From: Myxococcota bacterium
GTDB lineage: Bacteria; Myxococcota_A; Polyangia; Nannocystales; Nannocystaceae
Assembly (NCBI GenBank): GCA_039028615.1
Contig: JBCCHT010000001.1
Coordinates: forward strand, 672,001 to 736,000
Direction: 5' to 3'
Length of the DNA: 64,000 nucleotides
Shown here: one piece after another, positions 10,041 through 19,974 of the stretch
Position numbering within the stretch: the stretch's first letter is position 1
Layout: each line of letters starts with the position of its first letter
Program-made: the position numbers and the translations under genes
Notes under the pieces: generated by a model
The model's database searches: none
Seen by the model: only the letters and a program-made list of their open reading frames with translations
Told to the model about the DNA's origin: nothing

Positions 10041-10700
10041 TTACTGGGGCTGCGCCACTTCGCGGAAGCTGAAGCGGGTGCGACCGGGTACGAATCCGTC
10101 GGGCGCGTTACGCAGATAGCCGGTCTCCGACAGATACACCCAATCGAAGGCCCCGGTCAGCTCGTTGCGGGCCCGTGCATAGATATGGAAATACCCGCCC
10201 GAGTCCGGGGTCGTCTCGACTTGGAACTGGGTGAAGCGATCGCAGTATTTGCCGGTCGCGCTCACCACCTGATCGGCGTCGTAGTTGTAGAGCCACGAGT
10301 GAACCGAGGTCCAGTGGTCCCCACTCGTGCTACGGGCGATGCTCGCGAAGCGAACATCCACCTCGCCCGCGTCTTCGTCACAGTCCACCTTCCACACGAA
10401 GTCTTTGGGGGGTGGGCCCGGCTGCAAATAGTCGGCGACGACGTTGCCGGCCCCGTCCGAGCGCAGGAACCGAGAGGGCTGCGAGTCGTCGTAGATCACC
10501 ACATAGCGCTCGTCGAAACCGGGGTGCGTACCGTCGCCGAAGCAAAACCCGCGCGAATCGGGCGCAGTGATGCTGCGAAACTCCACCGATTCCTCGACGC
10601 TCGCCGCTTCCAGCCCTTCATCGGCCGGATCGCAGCCAACGAGCAAGGTCGACACCACGGCGCCATACGCCACCGCTCTCCAGTTCATCATCGTCCGCAT
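10041..10700 (-). CDS. Hypothetical lipoprotein, possible beta-trefoil (fascin-like) domain
   Basis: LLVGC lipobox; three similar aromatic-ended beta units; several candidate Met starts between 10688 and 10754. Confidence 0.6.
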   Translation of the reverse strand: MRTMMNWRAVAYGAVVSTLLVGCDPADEGLEAASVEESVEFRSITAPDSRGFCFGDGTHPGFDERYVVIYDDSQPSRFLRSDGAGNVVADYLQPGPPPKDFVWKVDCDEDAGEVDVRFASIARSTSGDHWTSVHSWLYNYDADQVVSATGKYCDRFTQFQVETTPDSGGYFHIYARARNELTGAFDWVYLSETGYLRNAPDGFVPGRTRFSFREVAQPQ

Positions 10701-10779
10701 CTCATCCATCTCCCATCGGGTCGGGGACGGGCCCTCCCCACCTGGGGGAGTCACCGCGAGCGATGCGAACTATTCACCC

Positions 10780-11973
10780 TCAGCCCACGGGCGTGGTGCT
10801 GGGCGGACCGCCGCAGGTCCAGCGCACGTTGTCGAGCAGCACCAACGAATCCAAGATGCCATCGCTGAGATCGAACACGGAGAAGATCAACGTGAGTTCT
10901 TCGCCCGGCTCGACCTCGGTGGTGCTGGTCAGCCACCGTGTACCGCCGTGCCCCTGCATGGCGAACCCGTGCAGCTCGGGCGCGGTGCAGTCGGCACAGT
11001 CGACCATGTTGGGGGCGTCCTTGTAGTCGAAGAACCCCGCATTGACGGTGATCGGGCTGCCCTCTTCGTCGAAGGAGATGTTGCCCGTCCACTGCTCCGA
11101 CTGGGCCCAGGCCACGAACATGTCGTTGAAGCTGGACTGGTAGTAGTTGGGGTACTCGACGGACATGAACGCAAAGTCGAAGCCGATGCCGTGGATCTCG
11201 TCGGGCACGGTGATGTTCATGCGGATCTCGGCGTAGTCGTTGGCAACCGGGAGCCCGGTTCCTCCCAAGCCGCCGGCTTGGGCCGCTTGCCACTGATCCC
11301 ACAGCGTGTTGGAGCAGTCACCCGTGCCGATGAGGGTCGCATCGTCTTCGCAGGTCGTGGCCTGACCTGGATCCACGGGGTTGACGTCCATCGGCGCGGG
11401 CAGGGCCTCGTAGTCGAAGCCGTCCAGCTCGGTCGACGGACAGTCGGGCGCCATGCCTTCGAAGCCCACGCACTCGGGGCTCGCCGCCTCGAGCTGAGCG
11501 GGTGTCAGGGCGATCTGGGCCGCGATACCCGTGGACAGCACGACGTACTTGCTCCCCTCTTGCGCGGGATAGGTGCCGTTGCCCAGGGTCTGATCGAAGA
11601 CCTCCATCGCCTGGGCACTGCCCTCGAAGCCGCCCTGCGCGAGCACGCCGTCGACCTCGTCACAATTGACCCCGAGCGCGTGCAGCGGGTCGTCGTCCTG
11701 CGAGTCGCACGGCGTCGGTTTGGGGATGTCGTCGTCACAAAAGACGTTGCCGCCGTCGTCACCACCGCCCTGCCCGTCTCCGACGTCGAGCTTGATGCCG
11801 CCGGCCGACTCGTCGTCGGCCGCTTCTTCGTCCGAGGCGACGCCGTCATCCCCAGAGGTCGAGGTCAGCCCACCATCCGATCCCCACCCCGGCCCGTCCT
11901 CCGGCAGCTGGTACTGACAACCCACCATCGTCCCGAGAGCGAGCCCCACCTCGGCTAGTCTCCGTGTTCCCAT
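10780..11973 (-). CDS. Choice-of-anchor L domain lipoprotein
   Basis: MVGC lipobox; VVLSTG, FDFAFMSVEYPNYYQSSFNDMF, FSVFDLSDGILDSLVLLDN motifs. Confidence 0.8.
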   Translation of the reverse strand: MGTRRLAEVGLALGTMVGCQYQLPEDGPGWGSDGGLTSTSGDDGVASDEEAADDESAGGIKLDVGDGQGGGDDGGNVFCDDDIPKPTPCDSQDDDPLHALGVNCDEVDGVLAQGGFEGSAQAMEVFDQTLGNGTYPAQEGSKYVVLSTGIAAQIALTPAQLEAASPECVGFEGMAPDCPSTELDGFDYEALPAPMDVNPVDPGQATTCEDDATLIGTGDCSNTLWDQWQAAQAGGLGGTGLPVANDYAEIRMNITVPDEIHGIGFDFAFMSVEYPNYYQSSFNDMFVAWAQSEQWTGNISFDEEGSPITVNAGFFDYKDAPNMVDCADCTAPELHGFAMQGHGGTRWLTSTTEVEPGEELTLIFSVFDLSDGILDSLVLLDNVRWTCGGPPSTTPVG

Positions 11974-12170
11974 GTGAGGCCCTCACCGCAATGCGTCCAT
12001 GCATTACGGATTTGTTGGGCACTGGACTCGGGGCAGACTCACGCATTGGAGCCCGAGAAGACACCCACGACGCAAAGCCGCGCCAAACGGGGCTCATCCC
12101 CCATACAGAGGCATTGCGAGGCAGGACACGCAATTGTGGCAAAGCACTCGTCGCCACAATCTGCGTCGCC

Positions 12171-13856
12171 CTACGGGACGGGATACGCATGGACCCAGCG
12201 AGCGTCCTCGACCGGCGGCACGACATGCTCGATCAACCCATCGGGCCATCGGATCGTGACACTGTCGACGTGCTCGAGCCCGAGCCCGAAGTGAAGCCGA
12301 CGCATGTTCACCGAGGCCACCGACGAGCCGACCTTGACCTCCTGCATCATCGTCCGGCCGCTCTCGGTGGTCACCCAGACGCGTGAGCCGATGGCGTCGC
12401 GATTGACGGGTCCACCCCCCACCAGGTCGACGCTCAGCCAGTGTCGATCCGGCCACAGGTTGCGCCCGCGATAGATGAAGTGCCCGTCGTGACGGTTGGA
12501 GACGGCCAGGTCCAGCGCCCCGTCGTCGTCGAAGTCGGCGTAGCTCACCCCGAAGCTCTGCCCCGGGTCGTTGCAGCCGCTGAGCTCTGAGACGTCATCG
12601 AAGGTCCCGTCGCCCCGGTTGTGGAACAGCTGGTTGCCCCATTGCTCCCCATAGAGCCCCTCGGCCACGTACAGGTCGAGCCAGCCGTCGTTGTCGTAGT
12701 CGAAGAAGAAATTGCCCCAGCCGACCCCCAGCTCGCTCAGGCCCGCCTGCACGGAGACGTGGGTGAAGCGGTTGATGCCCTCGTTGCGGCGATTGGCCAG
12801 CAGGTCGGTGTCGAACAGGTCGGTCACCGCGATGTCGAGGTCGAGGTCGCCGTCGAAGTCCCCGACTGCGGTGCCCATCGACCACTCGGCCATGGCCACG
12901 CCCTGCTGCCCTCCGACCTCCTCGAAGCACCACACCTTGCAGCCGGAGCCGTCGTTACGCCACAGCCGATTGCCGACCTGCTTGTCGTTGGCGACGAACA
13001 GATCGAGGTCACCGTCGTCGTCGAAGTCGAGCCAGGTCGCCGAGAAGGTCTGATAGTCCTCGGGGCTCGGCACCAGCTCGGTGACCGGATAGAAGCTGCG
13101 ATCGCTGCTGCCCTTGTACAGCACGTCGGGATGCAAGATGGCGTTGCTGAGGTAGACGTCGAGGATGCCGTCCGCATCGAAGTCACCCCATGCCGCCGAG
13201 ACGCCCAGGTGCCCGTCGCCGAGGCCGACCAACGAGGTGACGTCGACGAGCCCTTGGCCCTCGTCGTTCTGCAGCAGCACGTTGTTGCCGTCGCGCAGCA
13301 CGTGGATGTCCGACCAGCCGTCGTTGTCGAAGTCGACCACCGCCAGCCCCACCACGCGATCGATCTCGGACAGCGCGGCGTCGTGCTCCCAGATCGCAAA
13401 GGTGCCGTCGCCCTGGTTGCGATAGATGTGCGAGGGCGCGTCACCCCCCGCCGTCACCAGGTCGAGTCGGTCGTCGCCATCGATGTCCCCCCACGCGTTA
13501 CCCGGGCCCCAGCTCCCCAGCGTGGGGTGGTTGGGCCCGTTGAAGTCGATCAGCTCGAAGGGCGGGCCGGGCAGGACGTCTTCGGTCCAGGGCTCCATGC
13601 CGCCGCTGTCTCCGGTCATGCCCACGCCCGAGGTCATCGGCGCTTCGGTCTCGGCGGACGGCGTCGCCCCTTCGGTGGCCATGCCCGTGCTGCTGTCTTC
13701 GCCGCCCGAGGGAGAGGCGACGCCCGTGCTCGCGACCGGCTCGGGCGCGGCCCCCAGCCCCTGCGGCTCGGAGCATGCGGACACGACGAAGCACCCCACG
13801 ACCCATGCCGCAGAGCACCCCGGCCGAAGTCGGCCGGCGCTCCTTCGCCCTTCCAC
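12171..13856 (-). CDS. CRTAC1 family protein (FG-GAP/VCBS repeats + ASPIC/UnbV), lipoprotein
   Basis: Repeated DFDNDGxxDL units; C-terminal NRDAIGSRV...LHFGLG...VTIRWPDG; VSAC lipobox. Confidence 0.9.
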   Translation of the reverse strand: MEGRRSAGRLRPGCSAAWVVGCFVVSACSEPQGLGAAPEPVASTGVASPSGGEDSSTGMATEGATPSAETEAPMTSGVGMTGDSGGMEPWTEDVLPGPPFELIDFNGPNHPTLGSWGPGNAWGDIDGDDRLDLVTAGGDAPSHIYRNQGDGTFAIWEHDAALSEIDRVVGLAVVDFDNDGWSDIHVLRDGNNVLLQNDEGQGLVDVTSLVGLGDGHLGVSAAWGDFDADGILDVYLSNAILHPDVLYKGSSDRSFYPVTELVPSPEDYQTFSATWLDFDDDGDLDLFVANDKQVGNRLWRNDGSGCKVWCFEEVGGQQGVAMAEWSMGTAVGDFDGDLDLDIAVTDLFDTDLLANRRNEGINRFTHVSVQAGLSELGVGWGNFFFDYDNDGWLDLYVAEGLYGEQWGNQLFHNRGDGTFDDVSELSGCNDPGQSFGVSYADFDDDGALDLAVSNRHDGHFIYRGRNLWPDRHWLSVDLVGGGPVNRDAIGSRVWVTTESGRTMMQEVKVGSSVASVNMRRLHFGLGLEHVDSVTIRWPDGLIEHVVPPVEDARWVHAYPVP

Positions 13857-13915
13857 CCCTCGAGTGTACGCAATCGCGGCGGCCCGTGCTCGACGAGCGG
13901 GACGCTCGCGCCGCC

Positions 13916-14269
13916 TCAGCCTCGCTCGAGAGTGCGAAGGATCATCTTGCCGTCGCGGTTCATGACAAAGCTGAACTTCACCGCATCACCGACCTTCAGC
14001 CCCTCTGCCAAAGCTGCATCCCGGGCGTGGAACGGCATGGTCATTGCCTCCATGAAGCCCTCGATCTTCTCGTGCGCGATGGTGATCGTCTTTCGGTCCT
14101 CGCTGAATGATTTGATCGTCCCCACGGCGTCGCGAACCGGCCCGTCTACGGCCTCTTCGGCCTTGGACTCCCCCTTGTCGCACGCGGTCGTCGTCACCAC
14201 GGCCCCCGTCCCGAGGACGATGGCCAAGGCGAGGAACAAAGGAGACCGGCGCGAAGGAACGCTGCTCAT
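13916..14269 (-). CDS. CusF-like copper-binding periplasmic lipoprotein
   Basis: ITIAHEKIEGFMEAMTMPF and LKVGDAVKFSF OB-fold signature; signal peptide ending TTAC. Confidence 0.85.
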   Translation of the reverse strand: MSSVPSRRSPLFLALAIVLGTGAVVTTTACDKGESKAEEAVDGPVRDAVGTIKSFSEDRKTITIAHEKIEGFMEAMTMPFHARDAALAEGLKVGDAVKFSFVMNRDGKMILRTLERG

Positions 14270-14400
14270 GGCGGGCAGACTCGCACATCACGGCGTTCCG
14301 TCCATGAGACACCCGGTCGCACGACGTTCTCGACATCCGGGGACGACGATGCGGAACCCAGCGGTTGGCGCGCGAGGGGGCACGGGCCCACAGCCGCCGC

Positions 14401-15408
14401 TCAGTCGACTTGGCGGCGGCGCTCGAGTCGAACCCGCAGCTCCTCGTCCTGAAGGCGTGCCGTTATTGCAGCCGCCCGGGCACGGACCGCGTCGGCCTCG
14501 TCCCCGGCGAGCGTCGCCGCGAGCAAGCTCAGCGCCATGACCCGCAGGCGCAACGACCCGCCGTCGCCCGCCGCTTCGATCGATCGCCGCGCGCAAACGC
14601 GAGCCTGCGCTCGATCCCCCAGCTTGAGCAGGCTCCAGCCGAGCCCATTGTCCCGGCGCACGCGGGCAAACGCGGGGCCGTGCTCGGGCAGCGCGGCATA
14701 GCGGGCGCGGGCCGCCTCGTGATCACGTCGCACCACATTGTCGTACCAGCCGAGATGATCGACCCAGCGTGCGCGATAGCAGGCCGCGTCGTGCTCGCTC
14801 ATCGGCTCGGTCTCCATCATCGACCCCGCCGCCTCGACCAGACGAAGCCCGCGATCGATCTCGTCGCGACCCAATAAAAACGCCTGCGCCAGGTTCCATT
14901 CGATGCGGGCCAGACCGACGGCCGCCGACTCGGCCGCACGCAAGTGCTCACCCGCCAGGTCTCGCTCGCGCCCGCGCAACGCCACGGAGGCCAGGCCCAG
15001 CTGCACCCACGCCCGGGCCCGCGACTCGGACACGGGCGGCCGGTCCCACGGTCGCAGCAGCTCCAGGCACAGCGAGCGCGGCAAGTCGACGAAGCGCGTG
15101 TGGTACTGCCCCATCCATCGCACGCGCGAGTCGACATCCTCGGGCATGCCGAACGCCCGCAGCGCTCGCTGCCCCCACACGCCACCGTCCCGGGAGCCCC
15201 GATCTCGCAGCCGTCGCAGCGCCCGCTCCACGCTGGACACCGCATCCTCGTAGCTCCGACGCGCAGCCAGGGCCTCGGCCACCGCGGCCAGCGTGCCGTG
15301 CCGCTCCACCAGCCAGGCCACGTAGCTCCCCCACTCGAAGGGTTGTCCGGGATCCTGTCCGGGCCCCGCTGGCGGTCGTGGCGTATCCCGGGGTGGAGAG
15401 GAACTCAC
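14401..15408 (-). CDS. Hypothetical protein, possible N-terminal HTH-like region + TPR-like helices
   Basis: 335-aa ORF with protein-like composition; helical Ala/Leu-rich repeats (NGLGWSLLKLGDRAQA); TAGGGT 9 nt upstream of the GTG. Confidence 0.65.
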   Translation of the reverse strand: MSSSPPRDTPRPPAGPGQDPGQPFEWGSYVAWLVERHGTLAAVAEALAARRSYEDAVSSVERALRRLRDRGSRDGGVWGQRALRAFGMPEDVDSRVRWMGQYHTRFVDLPRSLCLELLRPWDRPPVSESRARAWVQLGLASVALRGRERDLAGEHLRAAESAAVGLARIEWNLAQAFLLGRDEIDRGLRLVEAAGSMMETEPMSEHDAACYRARWVDHLGWYDNVVRRDHEAARARYAALPEHGPAFARVRRDNGLGWSLLKLGDRAQARVCARRSIEAAGDGGSLRLRVMALSLLAATLAGDEADAVRARAAAITARLQDEELRVRLERRRQVD

Positions 15409-15409
15409 G

Positions 15410-15970
15410 ATGAACCGACCCTACATCGTCATCGACCTGGAAGCGACGTGCGACCGCGACCACGCGATCCCACGCGAGGAAACCGAGATCATCGAGATCG
15501 GCGCGGTCCTGGTCGATTCCACCACCCTGCAGCCTCTCGACGAGTTTCAGACCTTCGTGCGCCCGGTGCAGCATCCGAAGCTCACCGAGTTCTGCACCGA
15601 ACTGACCACCATCGAGCAAGGCCATGTCGATGGAGCCCCGATGCTGCGAGACGCCATCGCAGCCCTCGGTCGCTTCCTACCCGGCCCGGTCACCCTCGCC
15701 TCGTGGGGCGCCTACGATCGCAACCAGTTCCGCCGCGAGGGCCGACGCAAGCGCATCCGCATGCCGTGGGACACCGCGCACCTCAACATCAAGGAGCGCT
15801 TCGCCACCCACGCGGGGCGCAAGATGGGGGTCGGCGGAGCCTTGCAGCGCGTCGGGCTGCGCTTCGAAGGCACCGCCCATCGGGGCATCGACGACGCCCG
15901 CAACATCGTGCGTCTGATGCCCTTCGCGCTGGGACGACAGCCCTTGCCCGCACGGGGGCGCCGTCATTGA
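15410..15970 (+). CDS. DEDDh 3'-5' exonuclease, ERI-1/KapD family
   Basis: IVIDLEATC, EIIEIGAV, SWGAYD, FEGTAHRGIDDARNI; GGAGAGG SD. Confidence 0.92.
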   Translation: MNRPYIVIDLEATCDRDHAIPREETEIIEIGAVLVDSTTLQPLDEFQTFVRPVQHPKLTEFCTELTTIEQGHVDGAPMLRDAIAALGRFLPGPVTLASWGAYDRNQFRREGRRKRIRMPWDTAHLNIKERFATHAGRKMGVGGALQRVGLRFEGTAHRGIDDARNIVRLMPFALGRQPLPARGRRH

Positions 15971-16003
15971 CCACCCGCCCCTGCGGCTGAGCTTCAATCG
16001 AGC

Positions 16004-16222
16004 TCAGCCGTAGGGTTCTTCTTCACGCACGGAGACGAGCGTGAGCGCTCCGTGCCGAAGCTCTCCGGCCTTGTACAGCGTATGGGCCAGCAGCTGCGGA
16101 CAGTCGTGGATGTGCACCTGCCCGTGCTCCCGCATCAGCTCGCGGATGCGGGTCACCAGACGCGCCAGGCTCGGCCCGTCGTCGATGTCCAGCTCGGCCA
16201 GCTCGAGCACGTAGGGGCTCAT
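16004..16222 (-). CDS. Small hypothetical protein (72 aa), possibly a minimal STAS-like fold
   Basis: MSPYVLELAELDIDDGPSLARLVTRIRELMREHGQVHIHDCPQLLAHTLYKAG; starts 7 nt after the upstream stop. Confidence 0.55.
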   Translation of the reverse strand: MSPYVLELAELDIDDGPSLARLVTRIRELMREHGQVHIHDCPQLLAHTLYKAGELRHGALTLVSVREEEPYG

Positions 16223-16229
16223 CCCGGCC

Positions 16230-17441
16230 TCACATCGTGTAGCCGACCGAGCACGCGTTCGCGAACAGCCGCGCCCAATCTCCGCTGCCGTCGAAATCGA
16301 GGTGCCCGGAGCCGTTGGTGTACACGACCTTGAAGTCGGGCCGGTACGCGACGCTGATGACCCCGTTGGTGTAGTTCGCGTCCGCGACCCCGCCACCCTG
16401 GAGCTGGACCCCCGTGTCGATGATCAGCGCATCGTAGGAGGCCACGCCGTCGTGGATGAGCGTGCTGCCGTCACCCGAGTAGACGGCCGGGGACCGCAGC
16501 GCCACGACATCGTCGACCGAGACCGGCGAGTACTCCTGGGCCATGATCATCGTGCCTCCGAGGCCTCCCCCGTTTACGCCAGCCCCGGGCCCCAGCACCA
16601 CCGTGCCGCCCGAGTTGACGTAGTTGACCAGCAGCACCCCCGTCACCGTGGCGTTGAAGTAGCCCAGCTGCGGATGGGTGATGACGCAGTCGTAGTCGTT
16701 GAGGATGAGGTCCGAGGGCAGGTTCGCAGCGGCGTCGAAGAAGCCGGTATCCGAGCCGACCACTGCGGAAATCTCGTCGCGGAAAACCTCGTCGTCGATG
16801 GGGCCGCCCAGCATGTAGAGGATGCGGACCGGGTTGCACGTACCTTCCCCTGCGCCCTCGCAGCGGTAGTACATCTCGACCGAGCAGGCCTCGGTGCAGC
16901 CGTCGCCCGACTCGGAGTTGGCGTCGTCGCAGCCCTCGCCGGGGTTGAGGACCCCGTTGCCACAATCGGGAGAGACGCAGACCGAGGGCTCCCCCGTGCA
17001 CTCCGCCCCGCCGTCCACGACGCACGCGGTGCAGCCATCGCCGTCCACGTCGTTGGCGTCGTCGCAGGCCTCGTCGCCCAAGATGATGCCGTCGCCGCAG
17101 TCGATCTCGCACACGCTCGGCTCGCCGTCGCAGACGTAGCCGGTCTCGACCACGCAGGCGTCGCTGCACCCGTCGCCCGCGGCCGTGCCCCCGTCGTCAC
17201 ACTCTTCGCCCGTATCGACCGTGCCGTCGCCGCAGCCCGCCGCATCACCGCTGGTATCCGCGACGTCGGTGGTGACGCCGGGTGCGGTCGAGGTCACGAC
17301 CTCCCCCGAAGATCCGTCCGCGGTCCCCCCGGAGGAGCCATCGTCGGTCTCCATGATCGTCGGGGGGTTGAAACACGCCGAAAGAGGCAGGGCAAAAAGG
17401 CCAATGACGAAGCGCTCGAGCGAAGCCATGAGAAACCCCAT
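16230..17441 (-). CDS. Myxococcus cysteine-rich repeat (DUF4215) lipoprotein
   Basis: LSAC lipobox; three CG(D/N)G....ExCDD(G/A)....GDGC...C repeats; start uncertain (17429/17441). Confidence 0.85.
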   Translation of the reverse strand: MGFLMASLERFVIGLFALPLSACFNPPTIMETDDGSSGGTADGSSGEVVTSTAPGVTTDVADTSGDAAGCGDGTVDTGEECDDGGTAAGDGCSDACVVETGYVCDGEPSVCEIDCGDGIILGDEACDDANDVDGDGCTACVVDGGAECTGEPSVCVSPDCGNGVLNPGEGCDDANSESGDGCTEACSVEMYYRCEGAGEGTCNPVRILYMLGGPIDDEVFRDEISAVVGSDTGFFDAAANLPSDLILNDYDCVITHPQLGYFNATVTGVLLVNYVNSGGTVVLGPGAGVNGGGLGGTMIMAQEYSPVSVDDVVALRSPAVYSGDGSTLIHDGVASYDALIIDTGVQLQGGGVADANYTNGVISVAYRPDFKVVYTNGSGHLDFDGSGDWARLFANACSVGYTM

Positions 17442-17515
17442 CCTAGCAGAGCCCGGCCGCGGGGCCCGAGGAAGGCAAACGAGGCTCATGTGCCCGCTCG
17501 TGAGGTCCCACGGGG

Positions 17516-18697
17516 TCAGCGCGGCAACTGCCGAAAGACGCCCTCCATCAGCACGCTGTACGCCAGCGCGTCTCCCTCGTCGGCGAACGCCATCAGGTTC
17601 ATGGATTGCCGGATCACGACCGAATTCGTCCCTTCGGAACGTTCATGACATCCCACATCGAAATGGGAGCCCGGCATCGCGACCCAGCAGACCCGATCCG
17701 GCGTCACCGACAGCGAGTCTGGTTGCCCTAGATCTTTCGCCAGCACCTTCAGCTCGCACTCGGCGTCCATCTGCAGCAGGGCACCGTCGGAGAACAGCCG
17801 GTCGGGGGTCCCCTCGGTGAGCACGTAGAGCAGCGGAGCATCGGGGGTCGGCACCCCGAGGTCGACCGGACGATGCGTCTCGAACACGGTCCGCGTCCGA
17901 TGTCTCGTGTCGCGTTCGAACTGGACGATGAAGCCTGGGGCATAGGGCATGGAGCCGGGCACCCGCCCGCCCTTGGTCAGAAAGCGAACCTGCTCCGCCT
18001 TGGCGGCGGCGCTCGGGGCCTTGCCCTCCCTCGGGTCTCGCTCGCGCCCCGCCACCACGATGCGGTCTCCCCACACCGCGATCGCATGCACCACGTCGAG
18101 CTCCCGATCGACGAAGGGACGCACGGCCGAGGTCTTCGCGCTCCATCGCAGCAACCGACAGGGTCCGTCGTCGGAGCACTCGGCAAAGATCACGCCGTCG
18201 CCGTCGACCGCCGCGGCCGCGATGTCCCCCCGATGCAGCGAGGCCCCTTTGGCGGGGTAGCGGAACAGCCCCTCGCTCGAGTTCACGAGGAGCAGCTCAC
18301 CCAGTGCCAGCAGCCGCGGCTTTCGACCCGGAGCGTGCCCCAGCTCGGTGACCCCCCCGTCGACGAACCGCACCACCTTCGCGGGACCCTCCTCTTGCGA
18401 GAGCACGGCCACCAGCCCTTGTTCGGTGGACATCATCGCCAAGGCGGTCTGTTCGCTCAGGCGCCGGGCTTCGCCGTCCTCGACCGGGGGCGCGACTTCG
18501 GGCACGGCCGCGGCCAGAGCCCGCGACAATGGGCCGGGCGGAGACTTCGTCGCCTTTTGCTCGGCCCAGAAATCGGCCGCGCCCGGCGTGGCCGCCGGCC
18601 CCACCCGCGGCGAGGAGTCCTCGTGCCGATTCGACGAACGACAGCCGAGCGCCAACAACAGCACGATGACTCCAGCTCGAATTGGTCCCACGCCCAT
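17516..18697 (-). CDS. Hypothetical lipoprotein, possible beta-propeller
   Basis: ALGC lipobox; beta-rich blades ([20 protein letters not shown]). Confidence 0.65.
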   Translation of the reverse strand: MGVGPIRAGVIVLLLALGCRSSNRHEDSSPRVGPAATPGAADFWAEQKATKSPPGPLSRALAAAVPEVAPPVEDGEARRLSEQTALAMMSTEQGLVAVLSQEEGPAKVVRFVDGGVTELGHAPGRKPRLLALGELLLVNSSEGLFRYPAKGASLHRGDIAAAAVDGDGVIFAECSDDGPCRLLRWSAKTSAVRPFVDRELDVVHAIAVWGDRIVVAGRERDPREGKAPSAAAKAEQVRFLTKGGRVPGSMPYAPGFIVQFERDTRHRTRTVFETHRPVDLGVPTPDAPLLYVLTEGTPDRLFSDGALLQMDAECELKVLAKDLGQPDSLSVTPDRVCWVAMPGSHFDVGCHERSEGTNSVVIRQSMNLMAFADEGDALAYSVLMEGVFRQLPR

Positions 18698-18783
18698 GCA
18701 GACGAAGCTTACCCTCGAGCGGGCGCGATCCGGCGGTGCGCCGCTGCCATCGCACGAGATTGGGCATATAAACCCCGTGCCCC

Positions 18784-19974
18784 ATGACTGACGACGCCGG
18801 CCAGACCTCCGCGCCCCCGCTCACCCGGCAAGACGGGGCCTACGTACAGAGCAAGACCGATCCCGAGACGGTCAACCTCGGTCTGGGGCAGCCCTCGCCG
18901 CGCCTTTTACCCGTGCACCTGATGCACCAGGCCGCCGCGCGCACGCTGGGGCCCGGCGCGGACCCGCTGATGATCCAGTACGGCTCGATCGCCGGCCATG
19001 CCGGCATCCGTGAGGCCCTGGCCGAGCTGCTGAGCCGACGCTACCGCTTCCCGATCGAGGCCGATGGCCTGGTCATGACCGGCGGCATTTCGTCCGCGCT
19101 GTCGTTCGTCGCCCAGGTCTTCGCGCGCCCGGGCCAGGCCGTGGTGTGCTCCGATCCCACCTACTTCCTCGCGCGGGGCATCTTCGAGTCCCAAGGCCTG
19201 CCCACGGTGGGAATCCCGGTGGACGAGGGAGGGCTACGCGTCGACCTGCTGCAGGCGCGCCTCGAAGCCGGGCTGCGGCCGGCCTTCGTCTACTGCATGC
19301 CCTCGTTCCACAACCCCTACGGCGTCGACCTCGAGCCCGCCCGGGCCCGGCACCTGGTCGAGCTCGCCGAGCGCTACGACTTCCTCGTGGTCGCCGACGA
19401 GCCCTACGTGATGCTGCACTTCGACCCCGCGCCCCCGCCGTGCATGATGGCCTACGACGAAGGCCGGGCCCGTGTGCTGTCGCTCGGGTCCTTCTCCAAG
19501 ATCCTCGGCCCCGGACTCCGCTTGGGATGGCTGCACGCGGAGGCCTCGCTTCTGGAGCGGTTCTGCGAGCATGGTGCCCTGCGCAGCGGCGGCGGCCTCA
19601 ACCCCATGGTCTGCGCGCTCGTCGAAAACGTCATCCACACCGGGGAGCTCGATCGGCACATCGACGAGCTGAAGGACACCTTCACCACCCGCGCCCGTAC
19701 GCTGAGCGCGGCGCTGCGTCGGCACCTGCCCTCGCTGCCCGTGCCCGAACCCCGCGGTGGCTACTTCATCTGGCTGCCCTTGCCCTCGCACTACGACACC
19801 ACCGCGCTGCTCGACACCGCGCTGGAGCAGCAGGTCGGCTTCACCCCCGGGGCCCGCTGCGCCGTGGACCTCGACCTGAGCCACTGCCTGCGGGTGTGCT
19901 TTGCCTTCTACGAGCCCCACGAGCTGGAGCTGGGCGTCGAGCGGCTGGCCGCCGTGCTCGACCTCGACGGTTAG
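18784..19974 (+). CDS. PLP-dependent aminotransferase class I/II (ARO8/MocR-like)
   Basis: PSFHNPYG, VADEPY, SLGSFSKILGPGLRLGW, PRGGYFIW. Confidence 0.93.
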   Translation: MTDDAGQTSAPPLTRQDGAYVQSKTDPETVNLGLGQPSPRLLPVHLMHQAAARTLGPGADPLMIQYGSIAGHAGIREALAELLSRRYRFPIEADGLVMTGGISSALSFVAQVFARPGQAVVCSDPTYFLARGIFESQGLPTVGIPVDEGGLRVDLLQARLEAGLRPAFVYCMPSFHNPYGVDLEPARARHLVELAERYDFLVVADEPYVMLHFDPAPPPCMMAYDEGRARVLSLGSFSKILGPGLRLGWLHAEASLLERFCEHGALRSGGGLNPMVCALVENVIHTGELDRHIDELKDTFTTRARTLSAALRRHLPSLPVPEPRGGYFIWLPLPSHYDTTALLDTALEQQVGFTPGARCAVDLDLSHCLRVCFAFYEPHELELGVERLAAVLDLDG

